Source: Desulfobacteraceae bacterium (GTDB lineage: Bacteria; Desulfobacterota; Desulfobacteria; Desulfobacterales; SKZT01). From it: 64,000 nucleotides of DNA. The DNA is taken from positions 61,497 to 125,496 of the forward strand of contig JAABTQ010000008.1 of NCBI GenBank assembly GCA_011389745.1. The letters are read 5' to 3'. Below, piece by piece: positions 51,717 through 57,793 of the stretch. How positions within the stretch are numbered: position 1 is the first letter of the stretch; the number at the start of each line of letters is the position of its first letter. A model generated the notes under the pieces. It made no database searches. It was not told the DNA's origin and saw only the letters and a list, made by a program, of their open reading frames with translations. Made by a program: the position numbers and the translations under genes.

Positions 51717-51732
51717 CGGCACCTCGGTTGCC
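51717..51732 (+). promoter_or_regulatory. Orphan sigma54 -24/-12 consensus match
   Basis: cGGCACctcggTTGCc is an exact GGCAC-N5-TTGC. The nearest + strand gene is about 500 nt downstream. Confidence 0.3.
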
Positions 51733-52234
51733 AACCAACCTACACACCTGCTCATTTTTGAATTATCTTGAGACTTTCATACAAGCAAAGCCACTTATAG
51801 TAATAAAGCTCACTTCCTGCAAGGAAAAGGGGCAAAACGATTTTTTTCAAATGAGATACTCCTATCCACCCTACATCAATTTTTCAAGGGACATGTGTAT
51901 TATTTTCATTGTCACAGAGGGCAAAAAATTCTTGCATTAAGTTTCTGCTATCGAATACAATTTCTATTGTTGAATTTCGCTTGTGTCGAGAATAATGCAA
52001 ATTATACTTGAGTTTTAGGGTACAGTAAAAGCCACCTATAGAATTTTTTCCAAAGTAAATTGAATGCCCGCAAAAGGTGTTATTAAAGCTTTAAATTTAT
52101 CTTTTTCTGGATTTGAGTTGGATAATATTCTAAAGGTGAGGATATACAATTAGATATTAAAAAATTGAAGGATATACAGATCAGCATAGTAACTTGTTAG
52201 GCGGCTGCTTGAATACTGTCTAAGGATGATAGTG

Positions 52235-52738
52235 ATGACATTTGACTATTCGCTGAATTTCACAGAGGTGGACTTCCGAAAGCATCCGGAACTTTATCGC
52301 ATAGGTCGTGGTGAACAAGGTGTTTTACTGGTTGAACCTTATAAAAGCGAAATTCTTCCCCATTGGAGGTTCCGGACGCCCGACATCGCTCGCCGGTCAG
52401 CCAATAAAATCTATCGCATGTTTCTTGCCTATAAAGCCGAGGGGGATTTCGTCGGTATGGATATGGCGAGGAAGTTTTTACAGATGGGCTATACACGCGC
52501 AAGACGTTATGCTAATCATAAGTCTGGACAAAAATTTGCGAAAGCTACGAGAGAAGAATTGCCGAGAGAAGAAGACCAGGTGAAGGCAGAATCGGCGAGA
52601 ATATTTAAGGAGAAATGGCAACTTGCGAGAGAAGATAAGGAATATCTTAAGATGAAGAAGAAGCATCGTGAGTTACACGAGCAGGCTACGCCGTCTAACA
52701 AAATGATCGAGCAGATGCCTAATATCGGGGCTATTTGA
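52235..52738 (+). CDS. DUF4385-like protein
   Basis: DFRKHPELYRIGRGEQGVL...YKSEILPHWRFRTPDIARRSA..I...F is recalled as the DUF4385 pattern. ATG 52235 is 8 nt after AAGGA; ATG 52226 is also possible. Confidence 0.55.
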   Translation: MTFDYSLNFTEVDFRKHPELYRIGRGEQGVLLVEPYKSEILPHWRFRTPDIARRSANKIYRMFLAYKAEGDFVGMDMARKFLQMGYTRARRYANHKSGQKFAKATREELPREEDQVKAESARIFKEKWQLAREDKEYLKMKKKHRELHEQATPSNKMIEQMPNIGAI

Positions 52739-52826
52739 AATTTATATTTTTTGATGAAAGTGTTGTTTTTAAAACACTTCCACCGTTTTTCCGGCACTGC
52801 TCATCATTAACGTTCGGTGAGGAAGA

Positions 52827-53228
52827 ATGATGAACACACAGGTCACATTCAGGTCTGACAAGTTTCCGCCCTATGACGGCGAGCAAGAACAGATCAACCT
52901 TGGTTTGTGGGGCAAGCGTCTCGCTGAGTACTTCGTGGAGAAATTAAGGGGGACCGGAATCGAGACAGAGGAAATCATCCCCGAAGACTGGGGCTGGTAC
53001 ATCCCCATCAAGAATGAGAGATTTCGATTAGCCATCTGTTGCGGGCACCAGGACGGTGATGACGACGAGTTTCTATGCTTTACCGAGCCCGACAAGCCGA
53101 TCGTCAAGAAGTGGTTCAAGAAGATCGACGCTACCGAAGAACTCGGTCGCCTTGTGGCTGCCATGGAGAAGATTCTTGCGTTAGACCCGGAAATCCGCAA
53201 TGTGGAGTGGTCGGACGGGAGCAAATGA
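52827..53228 (+). CDS. Hypothetical protein (GC-rich, cassette-like)
   Basis: 133-aa ORF with SD GAGGAAG. It is visibly more G+C-rich, with C/G-ending codons unlike its neighbours. Followed by an attC-like palindrome. Confidence 0.5.
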   Translation: MMNTQVTFRSDKFPPYDGEQEQINLGLWGKRLAEYFVEKLRGTGIETEEIIPEDWGWYIPIKNERFRLAICCGHQDGDDDEFLCFTEPDKPIVKKWFKKIDATEELGRLVAAMEKILALDPEIRNVEWSDGSK

Positions 53229-53229
53229 C

Positions 53230-53288
53230 ACCGAACAAGGAGCCGGAGGCGACGCGGTAAACCGCGCGCCTCAGCTCCAGCGTTCAAC
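53230..53288 (+). other. attC-like (59-be-like) imperfect palindrome, candidate A
   Basis: accGAACaag-GAGCCGGAGGCG-a-CGCGGTAAACCGCG-CGCCTCAGCTC-cagc-GTTCAAC. It starts 2 nt after the stop codon and is about 59 bp long. The tail CTCAGCTCCAGCGTT resembles attC ends of chromosomal integrons. Confidence 0.35.
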
Positions 53289-53497
53289 TCAAGAATAATT
53301 ATCCAATGGCTGAAAATGCAGAGGTCCAAAAGTTTCAGCATACCGAAACTATTCAAAACTTGCAATTTGGAAATGTTTGATGCAAGATCATACAAATTAT
53401 GTTTGATATTGCGTAACAGAATTATCACAACATTGAGAAAATTTCTAGTCCGACCATAGTACATTGAGTATTCTTTGTATGATTTTTTTGCAAATAC

Positions 53498-53985
53498 TTG
53501 GGATATATCCCCCAAGTGATTTTTGATTCCAAGCGATATGGATTTTTAATAGTGGTTTCTAAGAAAAAGAAAAAGAGCAAACAACGTCAACGATATAGCA
53601 AAGAACGTTCAAGACAGGATAACAAAAAGCTAAGTATCTCTGAAGCTGTTTTTAGAATAACAACTCATTTCTTCAAAAGAATCTACCTCCTGAAGAAAAA
53701 CTTCCACCGGTAGAGAAAATAATACCGATTGCAATAATCGGTTGGAATTATTCCTTGTTTCCAGAGAGTTCCCAATCGGACTTATATGAAACTATTGAAA
53801 ATACTTTGCCACCTGATATTGATGCCCTCGGGTTTGCAAGCATTATAGAGCTTATTGAAAAAATGGCGGATGAAAAACGGTCACTATACCCTGATGTTAA
53901 CCGAATGATTCAAGGATATAAGTTTAGAACAAACACCCTTGGAGAGAAAGTTCTTGATGTCACTTCAGTCTCTATCCAAAAATAA
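53498..53985 (+). pseudogene. Frame-shifted small gene of unknown family
   Basis: Lys-rich N-terminal piece (..SKKKKKSKQRQRYSKERSRQDNKKLSISEAVFR..) in one frame. The continuation (..LPPEEKLPPVEKIIPIAIIGWNYSLFPE...VTSVSIQK*) is in the -1 frame. The second piece has no ATG or SD. Confidence 0.3.
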
Positions 53986-54135
53986 GAAACCAAATCATTT
54001 AATACTCTCGGATCAGAAATTTTAAGGATACCGAAACGATTCGTAACCAGTTTTTATTTCAATGTTCCATACAAAGCTTGAATTAAGAACCAGTATATTA
54101 TAGAATATAGCAACAATTTCAGGAGGTGATTTATA

Positions 54136-54363
54136 ATGGCTACATCTGTGGAAGAACTGGCAACAAAGGCCATGGCTTTACCTATTGAAGCAAGGGCTTT
54201 ACTAGCTGAGAGACTTGTTGAAAGTCTTAATGAGGAGTCAGTCAGTGAAATCTGGCTGATCGAAACAAAAAAGCGCCGTGATGAGGTGCGAAGTGGTCAA
54301 ATTAAACCAATACCTGGTGTTAAGGTGATGGAAGAAATTCGGAACCTTATTGATGATAAATGA
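54136..54363 (+). CDS. Addiction-module antitoxin (putative addiction module component / Unstab_antitox-like)
   Basis: 75 aa: ...LALPIEARALLAERLVESL........IW..E...R..E..SG. SD AGGAGG. ATGA overlap with the toxin start. Confidence 0.7.
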   Translation: MATSVEELATKAMALPIEARALLAERLVESLNEESVSEIWLIETKKRRDEVRSGQIKPIPGVKVMEEIRNLIDDK

Positions 54364-54652
54364 GATACTCATTCCATCCAGAAGCACGCACTGAATTCAA
54401 GGAAGCGACGATTTACTATTTGAAAAAAGCCCCTCATTGGGAGCTGCGTTTTATTCCGAGGTAGAAAGCGCGATCGAAAAGATAGTCGAGAACCCGGATT
54501 TATATCGCGTGATTGATGAAGATGTACGACGTTGCTTGACCAGGCGGTTCCCACACGCTGTTCTTTATACCATCGAAGACAATTATATTTTAATACTGGC
54601 CATTATGCATTGTAGCCGGGAACCATCGTACTGGAAACATAGGCTCCCTTAG
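54360..54652 (+). pseudogene. ParE/RelE-family toxin gene interrupted by a frameshift in an A6 run
   Basis: Frame 0 reads MRYSFHPEARTEFKEATIYYLKKAPHWELRFIPR* (TAG 54462-54464). The other frame, open from 54395, reads ..FEKSPSLGAAFYSEVESAIEKIVENPDLYRVIDEDVRRCLTRRFPHAVLYTIEDNYILILAIMHCSREPSYW. One extra A in the A6 run (54423-54428) would join them. Confidence 0.65.
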
Positions 54653-54658
54653 AAATAA

Positions 54659-54744
54659 TGCGAACCTCTCATTCGAGGGGACGCGGAACACATGGGTGTT
54701 TTTTCCCGAGCATCCCGACCGCACCGCTCAATTCAACGTTCACA
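54659..54744 (+). other. attC-like imperfect palindrome, candidate B
   Basis: tgcGAACctctcATTcGAGgGGacGCGG...CCGCacCGCTCAATtcaacGTTCACA. It starts 7 nt after the toxin stop. The ends GAAC/GTTCA match candidate A, and both are followed by the identical 11-mer AATAATTATCC. Confidence 0.3.
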
Positions 54745-54986
54745 ATAATTATCCGACCGTTGAGTTTTAGAGCTCTTGGATTGTCAAGGATACAAGAGGC
54801 ATACTTGATAAATCCTCTCCTGAATGTTATTTTTCGATCATATAAATTGTTAAAATCTTGGAAATCGCCGAACCCATATGATAGTTTCCCTTCGCCGTCA
54901 GTTTTTTAGACCGAGCTTTTTTTAGGTCGATCGGCAATATGATTTTTGGGGCCAGGTTGAACGGAAAGAATCTAAAGGAGAAATAT

Positions 54987-55199
54987 ATGACCATCACCGA
55001 CAATATTTTCAAGGAGGCATTAAAGCTCACTCCCTCCGAAAAGGCACAGCTCATTGACAAGCTTATTTCCAATCTTGACAAGCCTGACAAAGAGATTGAC
55101 GAATTGTGGGCAAGAGAGGCCGAGGATAGGCTTAATGCATATGATCAAGGGAGAATCAAGGCAATTTCTTTAGAAAGAGTTCTTCAGAAATACAGGTAG
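54987..55199 (+). CDS. Addiction-module antitoxin (second copy, same family as 54136..54363)
   Basis: MTITDNIFKEALKLTPSEKAQLIDKLISNL....EIDELWAREAEDRLNAYDQGRIKAISLERVL. SD AAAGGAG. Confidence 0.65.
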   Translation: MTITDNIFKEALKLTPSEKAQLIDKLISNLDKPDKEIDELWAREAEDRLNAYDQGRIKAISLERVLQKYR

Positions 55200-55205
55200 A
55201 TAAAG

Positions 55206-55412
55206 ATGGAGATCAATTTTCTGGAAATCGCTCAAAAAGAGCTGGATAAATCACTTCAAATCATACATCCGACCATCGCCGCCACTGCTGTTCTTAAGTA
55301 TACAAGAAAAATGCGTGAATTTAAATTTGAAGAGAAATATTTTCCCAAAATGCAAGTTATGTTAACCTTAGCGAAAAACATGCGATTTGAAATGATATAC
55401 GGAGTTGCTTAA
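55206..55412 (+). pseudogene. Probable 5' remnant of a ParE/RelE-type toxin gene fused to unrelated sequence
   Basis: It begins MEINFLEIAQKELDKS like partner toxins of this antitoxin family, then loses all resemblance. It ends next to an 11-nt copy of the tRNA-Leu 3' end. Confidence 0.3.
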
Positions 55413-55445
55413 TAATGGCTTCGGCACCAAGAATCTGATTGGATT

Positions 55446-55688
55446 TTGACAAATGAAGACCACGCAATATTTGATTTTACAAGAAAACGCCCTGATCGCG
55501 TTCAGATCAAGGAGGATTGGATCAAATCAGTTATTGAGAAACCAGCAAAAATTGAAATACAATCCGATGGAAGGATCAGAAAATGGGGCAGAATAGAAGA
55601 AGTTGGAAAATATTTGAGAGTTATCATACTTGAAGATGGCGAAACGGTGCATAATGCATTTTTCGATAGGTCTTTTAAGGAGGAATGA
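55446..55688 (+). CDS. DUF4258-like small protein (putative toxin partner of DUF2283)
   Basis: ...DGRIRKWGRIEEVGKYLRVIILEDGETVHNAFFDRSF is recalled as a conserved small-protein family paired with DUF2283. Only a TTG start is available, so it may be 5'-truncated. Confidence 0.4.
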   Translation: MTNEDHAIFDFTRKRPDRVQIKEDWIKSVIEKPAKIEIQSDGRIRKWGRIEEVGKYLRVIILEDGETVHNAFFDRSFKEE

Positions 55689-55691
55689 CAC

Positions 55692-55913
55692 ATGAGGGTG
55701 AAATATTTTTCAGATACCGATACAGCTCACATAGAGTTCACAGACAAGGAAGTCCAGGAAACAAAAGAGATAAGTGAAAATATCTATATCGACGTTGATA
55801 TAAAAGGCAACATAGTCAACATGACTATTGAACATGCAAAAGATAATGCCGGACTCTGGGAATTCTCCTATCAGGAAATGTCTCGTCAAACACTGCGCCA
55901 TAAGAAACAATAA
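55692..55913 (+). CDS. DUF2283 domain protein (putative antitoxin)
   Basis: MRVKYFSDTDTAHIEFTDKEVQETKEISENIYIDVDIKGNIVNMTIEHAK is the typical DUF2283 pattern. Confidence 0.65.
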   Translation: MRVKYFSDTDTAHIEFTDKEVQETKEISENIYIDVDIKGNIVNMTIEHAKDNAGLWEFSYQEMSRQTLRHKKQ

Positions 55914-55998
55914 ATCCATTGCGAAGGCGGTAAAGGTGACGGGATGCCCTCCAAAAATTGCCGACAGCATGGTGGCAATGTTTTCGAGTGTGAGTTGA

Positions 55999-56185
55999 TC
56001 AGTCCTCCTCAAACTCGGCAGGGTGCGGCTGTTTTCCTGGACGGTGCGGCGCAGAGAATCATCAAATCCTTTTTCTGAAACAGCCTCAATCTCCAGGGTG
56101 ATGTTTACGCGGGTGCCCAGTTTGCATGAAAAATGCTGAATAATTTCCTGGGTGATGGTTGAAAAATCCAGGGAAGCACTCTTTC
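55999..56185 (-). pseudogene. 3'-terminal remnant of a larger gene (tail resembles large AAA+/DUF499-type ATPases)
   Basis: Minus strand reads ..SASLDFSTITQEIIQHFSCKLGTRVNITLEIEAVSEKGFDDSLRRTVQENSRTL. A shifted frame then ends AEFEED*. Composition changes abruptly to AT-rich at ~56186, and there is no upstream body. Confidence 0.35.
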
Positions 56186-56246
56186 GTATTATATTAAATA
56201 AAATTATTCGTTTTCAGTTTTATTTTCTAAAATAGGAGGTTGTAGA

Positions 56247-56414
56247 ATGATGGACTCAAAAAATTCCCAGCTATTAACAATTATTGTTAATACTGTAGAA
56301 AAGCATGGATGCAAATTAGCAGATGTTGATCTTGATAAGCATATTATTAAATTGGAAGGTCCGGAAAAAAATAAGAAAGCCTGTGCAAAAGCTCTGGCTG
56401 AGATTTTAGACTAA
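56247..56414 (+). CDS. Unlisted 55-aa ORF with strong SD, unknown function
   Basis: AGGAGG (56234-56239), 7 nt, ATG. It reads MMDSKNSQLLTIIVNTVEKHGCKLADVDLDKHIIKLEGPEKNKKACAKALAEILD*. It is below the ORF-track length cut-off. Confidence 0.4.
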   Translation: MMDSKNSQLLTIIVNTVEKHGCKLADVDLDKHIIKLEGPEKNKKACAKALAEILD

Positions 56415-56538
56415 TTAGTGCTTGAACGAAAACTCCCTTCCCAGTGGGAGGGAAAGATAAGTTACTGAAATTACTAGCCCCCACCCTGACCTCCCCCGAT
56501 GGGAGAGGGAATTATGGACTTTTCGTTCATGCACTAAT
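56414..56538. mobile_element. MITE-like element with ~23-bp terminal inverted repeats
   Basis: Left ATTAGTGCTTGAACGAAAACTCC; right GGACTTTTCGTTCATGCACTAAT (21/23 complementary). Both ends are flanked by TA. The interior carries CCCAGTGGGAGGG and CCCCGATGGGAGAGGG motifs. It has no coding capacity. Confidence 0.4.
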
Positions 56539-56747
56539 TACCACCAGAATTTCCGGGAAGAACGGCATGAAATTATTTAACGGATTTAGCCGGGTCTTTG
56601 GTTCTTTAGAGGAAAGAGACGGTTTCTTTCATGACGGATCTTTACATTGTTCAGCTTGGTTCCGGACTTATTCTTGTCGAGGCTGCTGAATGATTAGGCA
56701 GCATAGGGGATAAGGGAAGACGACCGATTTCCAGTGGCAATATTTCC

Positions 56748-56776
56748 TTGACAAGTTTTTGGTCCTTTAGTATCAA
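56748..56776 (+). promoter_or_regulatory. Possible sigma70 promoter upstream of the TonB2-type cluster
   Basis: TTGACA (56748-56753), 17 nt, TATCAA (56771-56776). This is about 245 nt before the first start codon. Confidence 0.3.
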
Positions 56777-57019
56777 AATAACTTTCCAGAAGGAAAACGT
56801 ATAATTTCACAATGGAATTATCAAAAAGCCAGGAAGGCCAAGAAGGTGGATGAACCATGTGGTCTTTTCCCGGCTTTTTTTAACACCTCCAAGAAGGTCA
56901 ATAGTCCTGGAAAAGGACCCAAAAAAATCGGTTGTTTTCAAGTCATACCTATTTAGTTTATAATAATTAGGCCGATTTCCAAGCCAGCAAACCTTTAAAA
57001 TGATAAATGGGAAAACCAA

Positions 57020-57793
57020 ATGAGGCATTGCTATATATTCATCGGGTGGTTTGTGTTGATTTTGTTTTTGTTGACAGGTTCGGTTTCCATTGCCGAAGAG
57101 GTGAATGAAAAAATTAAACAACCCGTGGAGGATTCGATTGCAATCCGGCAGAAGACTCAGAAAGATATTGAAAAATGGTCTGAAAAAAAATCCACGCTGG
57201 AAACTGAATATGACGCACTGGTGGAAAACCGTAAACGGTTGGCAATGGAGCGCGATCATTTAGCAAAAGAACTTGAATCCACTCAAAAGCGAATCGCCAA
57301 TCTGGAAAACCAGATCGAGGCCATGGAAAAAATATCGGAACAGCTCACACCTTTCTTATACGGAGTTTATGAGAAAGTGGTGGAGTCTGTCGATCAAAGA
57401 CTGCCCTTTTTGCAGGTGGAGCGTTCCGAACGATTGGCGAATCTTAAAAAGACCCTTGATGATCCTCAAATTGTTTTGGGAGAGAAATTTCGCAAAATTA
57501 TGGAAGCGCTTTTCGTTGAGGCCGAATACGGCAATACCGTGGAGGTTTTTCAGGAGAAAATATTTCTGGGCGATGAGGATGTGCTGGTCAACGTGTTGCG
57601 CCTGGGAAGAATCTCTCTTCTTTTTGAAACCCTGGACCAGACAACCTCCGGCTATTTTGATCTTGATGAAAATCAGTGGAAAGCACTTCCCCAATCCGCC
57701 AACCGTGATATTCGCATAGCCATGGAGATCGGGTCAAAACGGCGGCCTGCGGATGTTGTTACTTTGCCTTTGGGAAGGATCGGCGTCAAATGA
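57020..57793 (+). CDS. DUF3450 domain protein (TtpB-like, TonB2-system component)
   Basis: Signal peptide, a coiled coil, then ...RLPFLQVERSERLANLKKTLDDP...KFRKIMEA..VEAEYG.T.E. Its position before a long MotA/ExbB gene fits. Confidence 0.7.
   Translation: MRHCYIFIGWFVLILFLLTGSVSIAEEVNEKIKQPVEDSIAIRQKTQKDIEKWSEKKSTLETEYDALVENRKRLAMERDHLAKELESTQKRIANLENQIEAMEKISEQLTPFLYGVYEKVVESVDQRLPFLQVERSERLANLKKTLDDPQIVLGEKFRKIMEALFVEAEYGNTVEVFQEKIFLGDEDVLVNVLRLGRISLLFETLDQTTSGYFDLDENQWKALPQSANRDIRIAMEIGSKRRPADVVTLPLGRIGVK

Noticed and set aside
51529-51940. ORFs 51529..51747 (-) and 51728..51940 (+) next to tRNA-Leu
   Set aside because: The first overlaps the tRNA gene and its terminator. The second has no SD and an implausible sequence. 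Neither is supported.
51630-52225. Integrase or attachment-site machinery adjacent to tRNA-Leu
   Set aside because: I looked for a tyrosine-recombinase ORF on either strand and found none. No ORF longer than 70 aa has credible signals, so the islet cannot be called an intact integrative element.
52871-53515. 214-aa minus-strand ORF
   Set aside because: It is an antisense shadow of the GC-rich gene 52827..53228 and then runs on through the attC-like site. It has no start context.
56444-56689. 81-aa ORF (MGGKDKLLKLLAPTLTSPDGRGNYG...)
   Set aside because: It starts inside the MITE-like element and reads through its right inverted repeat. It has no SD.
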